Part shown: one piece after another, positions 35,550-47,363 of the stretch
Layout: every line of letters begins with the position of its first letter
Position numbering within the stretch: position 1 is the stretch's first letter
Origin: Chlorokybus atmophyticus
Taxonomy: Eukaryota > Plantae > Mesostigma and Chlorokybus algae
Direction of reading: 5' to 3'
DNA: 64,000 nt
NCBI GenBank assembly: GCA_009103225.1
Contig: RHPI01000797.1
Location: 619,064 to 683,063, forward strand
Program-made: the position numbers and the translations under genes
The notes under the pieces: model-generated
What the model was told of the DNA's origin: nothing
Database searches by the model: none
The model's input: the letters and a program-made list of their open reading frames with translations, nothing else

Positions 35550-38500
35550 TCAAGGCTGGGGCCAAATCACCGCCGACACGTTGGCGTCTTGCATCAGGCG
35601 TGGCGACCAAAACGGGTGAGGTTGCTTGCAGAATGAACACGCTTGTAGATTCTTTGATTTATTTGCCACAGTCTTCTGATGTGCTATGATGCAGACATGG
35701 CACATCGCTTTCTTGCAACAGGGCGTCTCCCCACCCGCTAGGGGAGGTGGCTCTTCAATGCGACAAATCAGCACACATGGTGCACGCGGGTGTGCAAGCT
35801 GCCTCTGCCACCAACCTCTGCTATCGCATCGCAGGCGTAGCGACTCCCATCTGAATGGCGCAGCATAACGCTCCACTGCCTGCTCGATCACCTGACGCCC
35901 ATCTGCCGCCATACACCACCTGCTGGTCTTGGTGGTCTCGTCCAGCATGCGTTCATCCAGGCCCTCGACATGGCTGTCGTCACTCGTGTACTCCCCCGCA
36001 TCGTCATTTTCTTCGAGCTTCCACAGAATCAGCTCGACGTGCCGTATGACATACAGCCACTGCCAGCCAAAGCATGCCAAGTACAGCTCGAATGGTTTTA
36101 CTTGCCACCCAGTATGTTTGCTCAGGTAGTGGCACACATCTCGACCCGCATTAGTCGACATCGACAGGTACATCTGCTGCAGCAGGTCGAAGTTCTGCTC
36201 CGCAGATAGCTCTTGCACATTGCCGGGGTGCTGCGGCAGCAACAACACCATCATATCGAGGACGGCGAGGGGCAACAACGTACTACGGATGGCCATATCG
36301 TGTATGGGTTCCAACCACGGCCAATCCCCAGAGGTCTGTTTAGACCGCATTCTCCGCGTTTGCTCCCACTTATTGCAAACTTTCGTCACCCACCTCGAGG
36401 CATGCCGCATGCGGTGATGCAGCGCGTCTTGGGCGTACTGTAGGGTGATCAACTCCTTTGCACTACGAGTCAGCCCCCCAAAGCGTCTGCGCGTCGGTGC
36501 TTTGAGCTTAGGCAGCTCGTGCCGCACCGGCTGTCTCTCTGGACGATGCTGAGCAGCCACTTGACGCTGTAAACCCGCCTGTGCCTACTCAGGACACACA
36601 GTCAGCCCCAGTGAGGCTTCAAGGCGCTGTGCTTCTTCTAATGTTGTAACGATGCCTCACCTTTCCTTTTTTGGTCCTGTCAGCGTCCTTTGTTCCAACA
36701 ACCTTCTTCTTTTTTTTTTGTCACCCTGCACATCCTGGCAGGCGCTCTCCGTGGCACTGTCACTCAGAGGAGGTAAGGCGTTATCTTCTTGCTCCACAGC
36801 CTTGCGCTTGTTGGTTGCCTCCCGTTCCTCCACGACCTCATGTTGCTTCATGAGGTCGAGCATGAAGCCTTTGTCTTTCAGCGCAGCTTTCAGGACACCT
36901 CGATCAATCTCTTTACCAACAAGACAGGCTGGGATCAATGTGGCAAGCTTAGAGGGAGAGGGCGAGCTACAGCTGCTTCTTGATGGAGATGCCTCCGGAT
37001 GGTCAGAGTGCGGTGGCAAGTGAGTCTCCGCGGCAGGAAGGGAGGGTGCTGAATTGGGATTGCGAGCATGTGGCTGTGGTTGAGGGGAGGCAGGATGTGC
37101 AGAACACTCGGCTACTTCTTGCCTAGCACACGAAGGCGAGGCCTGAGGCGTTGGCGCAGCACTCTGGGTCACAGCCGGTGGTAGCGGGGAATTGGCAACG
37201 CCATGCCGCCACTCTCCGATCAGGTGTGTTACCTCCGGTGGCACTTCATGCATAGGCCACGACCACTGTTCGGTGCTTGCAGGCTTGAGGAGCCAAAAGT
37301 GTGCTTCTGGCTCATCAGGAGCAGTGTTGCCCACCACCAGGACTGAGTTGGGGGCTTCTTTATTTCCAACCCAAACTGCGCTGCCGGGCCGTGGCACCCA
37401 CTCCCCATGCTCGCGCTGAACGGTCACGCAGCCAATCAACAAGCCCAGCTTGTTGGCAAACATGGTCATCTGCAGGTGCTCGACGTACACATCTTTTCTC
37501 CGCACGATCTGTCGCACCTTGGCCATGGCTAGGTCAATGTTGCAGTTGATATCAGCCAACATGGTCGCAGGCAGTTTGTCGTAATACTGCGCCATCTCTC
37601 CCGCGGCACCAGTGGCTCTGCAGAAGTCTAGGATTCTGCTCGCCACGCCTGCATCGACAGCCTTGGCGGTGATTTTGCGGAGAGTGTGCCCCCTGCCGTC
37701 GTCGTCCATGGTGTCCAGCATGGCCCAAAATCTGCTCGAGCTGGGGCACTTGTGATCATCCAGGACACTTTGCGCTATGGATGGCCTGGCGCGAAATACA
37801 CAATGGTAGAAGCAGTTACCATCCGTTGGCGCATTGAAGTGGTCCCATGAGGCGAGCTGGCCACCTAGCATGACTGATGGCCGTATGCGGGTTGCGGCCA
37901 GCTCCTCTGATGACTCGCTGGCAGGTGGTGACCCCTGCTGCATGCGCATACAGCACTCACATGGTGTGTCCAACTGTGGACGGCAAGAGTCACAGTGACT
38001 GATAAAGTACCTGAGTTTGGGGCAGACTGCCGGCTTCAACTTGCAGCGGGTGGGGTAAGGTAGGTGCAGAAGCCACATCGGTTGTTGCATTGTGCTGTGG
38101 TCTCGCCGGTGGCGGCAAGAAGGATTGTTGCCCCGCAATCACCGGTGCTGCTCGTGGAGGAGATGGCAGTGCACGAAGGACTGGTGCCGCGGAAGGTGGT
38201 TGCGCTCTGGCTGGGAGGGGAGCAGGAGCTGCAGGTGAGACCACTTGTGCATGCAGCAAGGGGGGCTGTATACAGGACCCAGGATAAGATGGCTCACAAT
38301 GTTGCAAAGGACGAATATAAGCTTATGCAGTGCCTGACGCATTGTTACCAAGGCACGAGCATAAAAGACAGCGACTTACCTCAATGGCCCGTGGGCTGCA
38401 TGGAGCAGGGGAAGCCATGGGGGCTGACAAGGTGGTATTGGCTGCACTCTCCCCGCCACCCTCGATGGCAGACTCGTCACGGAGCTCTTGAGCCATGGGC

Positions 38501-39490
38501 ACATCATGCGCCACTGCCCCAATGGACATGTCGGGATTCAACAGGCCAACATGCATGTTAACCTGATGCCGCATTGCCGCCGCGCCCATCAGCAAGTGGG
38601 GTTGAGAGACCAGTTGATGGGATTGAATCCAGGCTTGCATAGGAGCTCCAACAGGACTTAGTGCACTGTGGTGCTGTCAACCAATCACATGTGGGTTAGC
38701 TGCATGCTTGCGACACTGCAATTGCAATAGTCAACTGCGTCACACCGTCATCAGTTGGTTGCTTCGAACAGTCACCTGCGGCATTGCTGGTTGATGCACG
38801 AATGATTGCATGGACTGCGTCATTGCTGGTTGATGCACTATTGGTTGAATGCCGGACGAATGGCCACGCGCTCCTGTGCTCAAACCCAGCCTACTTCGTT
38901 CGGCACGCGCGCGCGACTTCGCACGCTCACGCACATCCTAGCATGGAAAGGTAGGCATGCATTGGAGCCGACATTGCAGTCAACATGCACAGCGAGATTG
39001 GCAACAACATACCGCCGCCCAGCTCTGTCTATCTGCTCTTGCTTCCGCAATGTCGGCTTGACTGTAGGGTGGGTATGGGTGAATAGTGGAGGCCTGCAGC
39101 CACGCTACATATATCACATGGACTGCGCTAAAAAACAAATTGCTCTTGCAAGGAAATGCATGTGACTGTTGAGCGTACCTCTGCATTCCTTTGTGCTTGT
39201 TCCCACAGCCGCAACTGGTCCCGCATGGTTCTGACAAGGGGCTCCAAGGACTGCAGCTCCTGATCCACTCCCTGTTGCAGAAAGCGAGCCACCAAGCAGC
39301 TCTCTGTGTGAAGATGGTCTTTAATGGCTTGCCTGCTGGTTTGTCCAATGTTGGTGATGCATGTTGGACAGCCCCATTGCTGACGCCTGCCATGATCCAT
39401 GACGTGGCGACCGGTAGTAGCTGGCTTCGCTGCTTGAACTCTTACGACCACAACTTCTCGCAAGATGTGCCACGCCGCCGCCGCCGCCAC
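35550..39490 (-). pseudogene. Copy 1: Zn-finger / Cys-rich / OTU cysteine protease / RING-like protein
   Basis: OTU DGNCFYH (Cys 37812-37814) and EAHFW (His 37299-37301); C-terminal CVLIC...TPCCKKAMCHVC...CSFCKQP. ORFs 38138-36657 and 36560-35550 are in the same frame, split by a TGA and a TAG. 5' exons uncertain. Confidence 0.7.
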
Positions 39491-39972
39491 CGCCTCCTAG
39501 TCGAACCCAGGCCCATCAAGCCTGACATTCGACCCGTCATCGACCTGGTGCCCCTGCGTGCCATCATCCGGCCATCAATGAAGCGTGTTTGGGTGAGTGC
39601 ATGCTAACTCCCATTTGGGCTGATCGAGCAATGCCTCTGTCGTACCATGGATGGTACGACAGAGCCATTGTACGGCAATCGCTGGGGTTGGACGAGAGAT
39701 GCCTCTGTCGTACCATAAATGTTACGACACAACCATTGGTAACAATGGTTGTACGAAGCATGCATGGCACGAATGCATAAGTCGTACCATCAACCATAGG
39801 AGCAAGGACGCACTACAAGTGCGACTCTAGTGCGGGACTCTAGACGTTCAAAACCGCCTCATTTTCGTTTTCGCGCCTCATACATTCGGGCGGGCCAACC
39901 GGCGGCGGCAGCGTTGGAGGCGGCAGCGCCACTTATAGCTAAACAGACGGCACCCGACTATCAGTTGGAGAG

Positions 39973-41834
39973 ATGCCTCGTGGTCCATCCGTAAGTGCAC
40001 CTCGTCGTGGAGGTCGGCGCCAGTTGTCCACATTGCCCCCAGTGTTCAACCAGGCAACCGTCGCCAACCAATCACAGCAAGACCCCGCGCTAACGCCCAG
40101 CACATCACAACAACTCCACCTGACACCGCAGTCGCAAGGGCAAGCTAGACTGCATGCGTTCTTGATGCACTGTGCACGTTGCTTCTTGCTCAACTTCTAA
40201 CTTGGATGCTTGCTTCTATCATGACTAGCACAGTGACTCACTGCATGCGTTCTGGATACACTGTGCACGTCGTTCTTTTTCCTCCACTGTGAGGGTTGCA
40301 TATTTCATGGCTGGCAGCATGACTCATGTGATTGTGCTTGCAGAGGGTCGATTGGACCCCCCAACCCAAACGCATGTGGCCGTGATGTGGCAACCTCGGC
40401 CGTCAGCAACCCTTCCCCAAGCAAGTGGAAGATTGGCAACGAGGTAAGCACTGTGTGACACTGTGACACTGTGTGTATGTGTGTAACGGATTGTTCTTCT
40501 GTGGACAGCATTTGCGAGATGCCGTCGTTGAAATCATAAACGGCCACTGGGTAGAGAGCCACGTTTATCCCAAGGAGGACACTATTCGTAACGTCATGTG
40601 TCAGGTGCTGTGAATGCTTCATGACCGCACTGCACCGTGACACTGACCAACCTGCCCGTGACAGGTAGTTGGCTTCGACCATGACGACGAGGCCGATGCG
40701 GCCAAGTTCTATGAGGTGTACTGGACTCCCAAGGAGTGCCCCTTCCACTGGAGTGTCGCCCTGAAGAAAGCTACGCAGGTCCGGTCTGAGAACGTCACTA
40801 AGATCAAGCATGTCCTTGAGAAGGAGTACAAGTGGACACTGTTTAACAGCAACAAGCGCAAGTGAGTTGGGTCCCTCACCACCATGTCTGCTATGCAACA
40901 CTGCCTTCTTACTCAGCCTCCATACACACGTACTCATCTCGCCTATTGTAACCGATTCAATCAGGCACATCGACGCCCTAATGGACCCCGAGACCCAAAA
41001 AGCCCAGATGCGCAACGCGCTCCAAAGTAAGTCACAGGCACTATTCTAGCCTGGTGCAGGCTCAACTTGAACTATTCATTTCGTGACTAATGCCTTGTCG
41101 GTATGACTGTCGCAGACAAGTCATGGCGGAGATTTGAGGTGACCGACACTGCAGACCCGGAGCGGAAGAGATACATCCATGAATGGGGCAATCCCGTAAT
41201 CTGGCAAATGATCGTGCAATGCTGGTCTTACGCCTTCACTACACCTGGTCGCCGGCAACTGACAGTCAACCACCTCGCATACCTGTTGCTTACGGTGAGC
41301 ACTCTGAACTCCATCATTAGCAATTCATTTATGCTGTAGCCCCAAACTACAGGCTTGCAGACGCGCTTGCAGTGAATATATATAGTGGCTTTCGAGGCCA
41401 TTCAGACATGCCTGTAAACTACGCAGGTGGAGCGCATCCTAAAGGGCAAGGATGGAGACCCTCTCCTAGCTGCCAGCATTGACACACATGAAGAATACCT
41501 CAGCGAAATCAACACCATGATCATGTCAATGAAGCGGGAGATGAGGCAACGATACGCAGCCCTCCAGCCATTCACCCTTGTGAAACGCCGCGCTGCATCT
41601 TGTGTCCAATACTTGAAAGATCCCAACGGCGCCGGCCGCAAGAGACAGCAGCTCGTGACCCGCTCGCTGAGGCAGAAGCGGCATTTGATTGGCTGGCACA
41701 ACTGTTTGAGGAGGAAGAGCAAGCTCCGGCGTCTCCTCCACAGGCCCCAGCGCGTGGTGCTTTGTTCCGTAATGACGAGACCAGCGATGATGGAGAGGAG
41801 CTGTAGCGCAGTTGGTAGTCCGTTTAGCTGGTAG
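39973..41834 (+). CDS. Copy 1: 7-exon hypothetical protein
   Basis: Exons splice in frame (...SKWKIGNE / HLRDAVVEIINGHW / GFDHDDEADAAKFYEVYW / HIDALMDPE / KSWRRFEV...WGNPVIWQMIVQCW...HLAYLLLT / VERILKG). Splice sites are retained in both copies; first donor and last-exon frame are ambiguous. Confidence 0.6.
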
Positions 41835-42238
41835 TGTACATAGCTACAAGGCTCTTGTGACTGAGTGTTGTGCATCTTAAACCAACTCAGTCAATCGTCA
41901 TTATGCTCATGCACATCAATACTTGCATCCCTATGATGTACAAGAGAACTGCATTCGAGTCACATAATCGAACTACAAGCCTTGGCAAGTGACTGAGAGA
42001 CATTGTACACATTGCAGGTACATGTACACAGCACAGGCACATAACAATGCTGGAAGTCAGTGACAGTCGCGTGTAGTCAAGCTATGCAAATACATATGAT
42101 GACAGTTAGGCATTGGTCACCTTCAGTTGTTAAAGAATGCCTTATTTTGTCGATAATTACCTAGTTGGTGCTTGTGAATTAGGCTTAGTCGCCTGCGCTG
42201 GACTAGTGTGTAGTCTGCAGGTGTCTGTCACATAGGCT

Positions 42239-42489
42239 GAGTCACCTAAGTAACACTGATGTGTAACTTGCAAGTGCCTGCTAGTTAGGTGTAGTCACCT
42301 GTTAAGGCATAATGTGTAACTAACAGTTGCCTGTAAATTACACAAAATCATTTGTTAAGGCCTGGTGTGTGACTAACAGGTGCCTGTTAATTATATACAG
42401 TCACCTGTTAAGGCCTGATAGGTAACTAACAGGCGCCTGTTAGTTAGGCATAGTCAACTGTTAAAGACTAAATTGTAACAAAAAGGGCC
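42239..42489. repeat. 53-bp minisatellite, about 4.7 units, with a 24-bp perfect palindrome at 42423-42446
   Basis: Consensus tagtcacctgttaaggcctgatangtaactaacaggygcctgttaattaggca; palindrome taactaacaggcgcctgttagtta. Confidence 0.9.
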
Positions 42490-42911
42490 TTACAGTAACG
42501 AAAGTTACTATTAGGTCCCTGTATCAAGATTACAGGTGGCCTGAGCCACGACAGTCTAAATTAGCGTCCTCAGGTGCACGGCCGTTGCCAATATTTAGTC
42601 GGCCGGCAGGGAAAACATATTGCGACGAATACAAGGACACTCGCATACTACCACGATCGTAGAGTACTGTGCTGTCATTCCATGGAACCGAGAGCGCTGT
42701 CAGAGTTTGTTGCTGTCAACCACGCTCTGAACCAGCGAGGTATGCAAGCCATGCACTGACTCATGCGCCGGGCAGTCATCATACACATGTACAGCCAATG
42801 CTTCTGACAACAGCAGATCTCGGGTGCACCATGCACCATGCTGTAACTATACATGTACCTACATGGTTCACATGAAGCCAACACAAAACTACAATACATG
42901 CACAATTGTCA

Positions 42912-45900
42912 TCAAAGCGGGGGCCAAATCACCGCCGACACGTTGGCGTCTTGCATCAGGCGTGGCGACCAAAACGGGCGAGGTTGCTTGCAGAAGGGAC
43001 ACGTTTGTAGATTCTTTGATTTATTTGCCACGGTATTCTGATGTGCTATGATGCAGACATGGCACATCATTTTCTTGCAACAGGGCGTCTCCCCATCCGC
43101 TGGGGGGGGGGGGGGGGGGGGGGGNCAAATCAGCACGCATGGTGCACGCGGGTGTGCAAGCTGCCTCTGCCAACAAACTCTGTTATCGCGTTGCAGGCGT
43201 AGCGACTCCCATCTGAATGGCGCAACATAACGCTCCACTGCATGCTCGATTACCTGACGCCTATCTGCCGCCATACACCACCTGCTGGTCTTGGTGGTCT
43301 CGTGCAGCTTGCGTTCATCCAAGCCCTCAACTTGGCTGTCGTGTACTCCCCCCCATCGCCATTTTTTTCGAGCTTCCACAGAATCAGCTCGACGTGCCAT
43401 ATGACATACAGCCACTTTCAGCCAAAGCATGCCAAGTACAGCTCGAATGATTTTACTTGCCATCCAGTATGTTTGCTCAGGTAGTGGCTCACATCTCGAC
43501 CCGCATTAGTCGACATCGACATGTACACCTGCTGCAGCAGGTCGAAGTTCTGCTCCGCGGATAGCTCTTGCACATTGTCGGGTTGCTGCGGCAGCAACAA
43601 CACCATCATATTGAGGACGGCGAGGGGCAACAATGCACTACGGATGGCCATATCGTGTTTGGGTTCCAACAACGGCCAATCCAAAGAGGTCTGTTTAGAC
43701 CGCACTCTCCGCGTATGCTGTCACTTGTTGCATACTTTTGTCACCCATCTCGAGGCATGCCGCATGCAGTGATGCAGCGCGTCTTGGGCGTACTGTAGGG
43801 TGATCAACTCCTTTGCACTACGAGTCGGCCCCCCAAAGCGTCTGCGCGTCGGTGCTTTGAGCTTAGGCAGCTCGTGCCGCACCGGCTGTCTCTCTGGACG
43901 ATGCTGAGCAGCCACTTGACACTGTAAACCCGCCTGTGCATACTCAGGACACACCGTCAGCCCCAGTGAGGCTTCAAGGCGCTGTGCTTCTTCTAACGTT
44001 GTAACGATGCCTCACCTTTCCTTTTTTGATTCTGTAAGCGTCCCTTGTTCCAACAACCTTCTTCTTCTTTTTTTGTCAACCTGCACATCCTGGCAGGCGC
44101 TCTGCGTGGCACTGTCACACAGAGGAGGTAAGGCGTTATCTTCTTGCTCCACAACCTTGCGCTTGTTGGTTGCCTCCCGTTCCTCCACGACCTCATGTTA
44201 CTTCATGAGGTCGAGCATGAAGCCTTTGTCTTTCAGCGCAGCTTTTAGGCACACCTCGATCAATCTCTTTACCAACAAGACAGGCTGGTATCAATGTGGC
44301 AAGCTTAGAGGAAGAGGGCAAGCTACCGCTGCTTCTTCATGGAGTTGCCTCCGGATGGTTAGAGTGCGGTGGCAAGTGAGTCTCCGCAGCAGGAAGGGAG
44401 GGTGCTGAATTGGGATTGCGAGCATGTGGCTGTGGTTGAGGGGAGGCAGGATGTGCAGAACACTCGGCTACTTCTTGCCTAGCACACGAAGGCGAGGCCT
44501 GAGGTGTTGGCGCAGCACTCTGGGTCACAGCCGGTGGTAGCGGGGAATTGGCAACGCCATGCCGCCACTCTCCGATCAGGTGTGTTACCTCCGGTGGCAC
44601 TTCATGTATAGGCCACGACCACTGTTCTGTGCTTGCAGGCTTGAGGAGCCAAAAGTGTGCTTCTGGCTCATCAGGAGCAGTGTTGCCCACCACCAGGACT
44701 GAGTTGGGGGCTTCTTTATTTCCAACCCAAACTGCGCTGCCGGGCCGTGGCACCCACTCCCCATGCTCGCGCTGAACGGTCACGCAGCCAATCAACAAGC
44801 CCAGCTTGTTGGCAAACATGGTCATCTGCAGGTGCTCGACGTACACATCTTTTCTCCGCACGATCTGTCGCACCTTGGCCATGGCTAGGTCAATGTTGCA
44901 GTTGATATCAGCCAACATGGTCGCAGGCAGTTTGTCGTAATACTGCGCCATCTCTCCCGCGGCACCAGTGGCTCTGCAGAAGTCTAAGATTCTGCTCGCC
45001 ACGCCTGCATCAACAGCCTTGGCGGTGATTTGCGGAGAGTGTCCCCCTGCCGTCGTCATTCGTGGTGCCCAGCATGGCCCAAAATCTGCTCGAGCTCGGG
45101 CTTATGATCATCAAGGACACTTTGCGCTGTAAATGGCCTGGCGCGAAACACACAATGGTAGAAGCAGTTACCATCCGTTGGCGCATTGAAGTGGTCCCAT
45201 GAGGCAAGCTGGCCACTTAGCATGACTGATGGCCGTATGCGGGTTGCGGCCAGCTCCTCTGATGACTCGCTGGCAGGTGGTGACCCCTGCTGCATGCGCA
45301 TACAGCACTCAAATGGTGTGTCCAACTGTGGACGGCAAGAGTCATAGTGACTGATAAAGTACCAGAGTTTGGGGCAGACTGCCGGCTTCAACTTGCAGCG
45401 GGTGGGGTAGTAAGTAGTAAGTAAGGTAGGTGCAGAAGCCACATTGGTTGTTGCATTGTGCTGTGGTCTCGCCGGTTGCAGCAATGAAGAATTGTTGCCC
45501 CGCAATCACCGGTGCTGCTTGTGGAGGAGATGGCAGTGCACGAAGGACTGGTGCCGCAGAAGGTGGTCGCGCTCTGGCTGCGAGGGGAGCAGAAGCGGCA
45601 GGTGAGACCACTTGTGCATGCAGCAAGGGGGGCTGTATACAGGACCCAGGATAAGATGGCTCGCAATGTTGCAAAGGACGAATATAAGCTTATGCAGTGC
45701 CTGACGCATTGTTACCAAGGCACGAGCATAAAAGACAGCGACTTACCTCAATGGCCCGTGGGCTGCATGGAGCAGGGGAAGCCATGGGGGCTGACAAGGT
45801 GGTATTGGCTGCACTCTCCCCGCCACCCTCGATGGCAGACTCGTCACGGAGCTCTTGAGCCATGGGCACATCATGCGCCACTGCCCCAATGGACATGTCG

Positions 45901-46830
45901 GGATTCAACAGGCCAACATGCATGTTAAACTGATGCCGCATTGCCGCCGCGCCCATCAGCAAGTGGGATTGAAGGACCAGTTGATGGGATTGAATCCAGG
46001 CTTGCATAGGAGCTCCAACAGGACTTAGTGCACTGTGGTGCTGTCAACCAATATCATGTGGGTTAGCTGCATGCTTGCGACACTGCAATTGCAATAGTCA
46101 ACTGCGTCACACCGTCATCAGTTGGTTGCTTCGAACAGTCACCTGCGGCATTGCTGGTTGATGCACGAATGATTGCATGGACTGCGTCATTGCTGGTTGA
46201 TGCACTATTGGTTGAATGCCGGACGAATGGCCACGCGCTCCTGTGCTCAAACCCAGCCTACTTCGTTCGGCACGCGCGCGCGACTTCGCACGCTCACGCA
46301 CATCCTAGCATGCAAAGGTAGGCATGCATTGGAGCCGACATTGCAGTCAACATGCACAGCGAGATTGGCAACAACATACCGCCGCCCAGCTCTGTCTATC
46401 TGCTCTTGCTTCCGCAATGTCGGCTTGACTGTAGGGTGGGTACGGGTGAATAGTGGAGGCCTGCAGCCTCGCTACATATATCACATGGACTGCGCTAAAA
46501 AACAAATTGCTCTTGCAAGGAAATGCATGTGACTGTTGAGCGTACCTCTGCATTCCTTTGTGCTTGTTCCCACAGCCGCAATTGGTCCCGCATGGTTCTG
46601 ACAAGGGGCTCCAAGGACTGCAGCTCCTGATCCACTCCCTGTTGCAGAAAGCGAGCCACCAAGCAGCTCTCTGTGTGAAGATGGTCTTTAATGGCTTGCC
46701 TGCTGGTTTGTCCAATGTTGGTGATGCATGTTGGACAGCCCCATTGCTGACGCCTGCCATGATCCATGACGTGGCGACCGGTAGTAGCTGGCTTCGCTGC
46801 TTGAACTCTTACGACCACAACTTCTCGCAA
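42912..46830 (-). pseudogene. Copy 2: OTU/RING-like gene, more heavily frameshifted
   Basis: Same DGNCFYH, EAHFW and TPCCKKMMCHVC...CPFCKQP motifs. Extra frameshifts near 43300-43450, 44250 and 45030. Confidence 0.7.
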
Positions 46831-47363
46831 GATGTGCCACGCCGCCGCCGCCGCCGCCGCCGCCTCCGACTCCTGGTCCTCCGCCTCCTAGTCGAACCCA
46901 GGCCCATCAAGCCTGACATTCGACCCGTCATCGACCTGGTGCCCCTGCGTGCCATCATCCGGCCATCAATGAAGCGTGTTTGGGTGAGTGCATGCTAACT
47001 CCCATTTGGGCTGATCGAGCAATGCCTCTGTCGTACCATGGATGGTACGACAGAGCCATTGTACGGCAATCGCTGGGGTTGGACGAGAGATGCCTCTGTC
47101 GTACCATAAATGTTACGACACAACCATTGGTAACAATGGTTGTACGAAGCATGCATGGCACGAATGCATAAGTCGTACCATCAACCATAGGAGCAAGGAC
47201 GCACTACAAGTGCGACTCTAGTGCGGGACTCTAGACGTTCAAAACCGCCTCATTTTCGTTTTCGCGCCTCATACATTCGGGCGGGCCAACCGGCGGCGGC
47301 AGCGTTGGAGGCGGCAGCGCCACTTACAGCTAAACAGGCGGCACCCGACTATCAGTTGGAGAG

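Noticed and set aside
40131-40144. GC-AG intron in the 7-exon gene
   Set aside because: A GC donor at 40140 fits, but a same-phase GT at 40131 also works; undecidable without transcripts.
40305-41015. 236-aa minus-strand ORF (also 47696-48406)
   Set aside because: Antisense shadow of the spliced plus-strand gene; conserved only because the DNA is duplicated.
42239-42489. 53-bp repeats as a CRISPR array
   Set aside because: Units abut with no unique spacers, and the context is eukaryotic.
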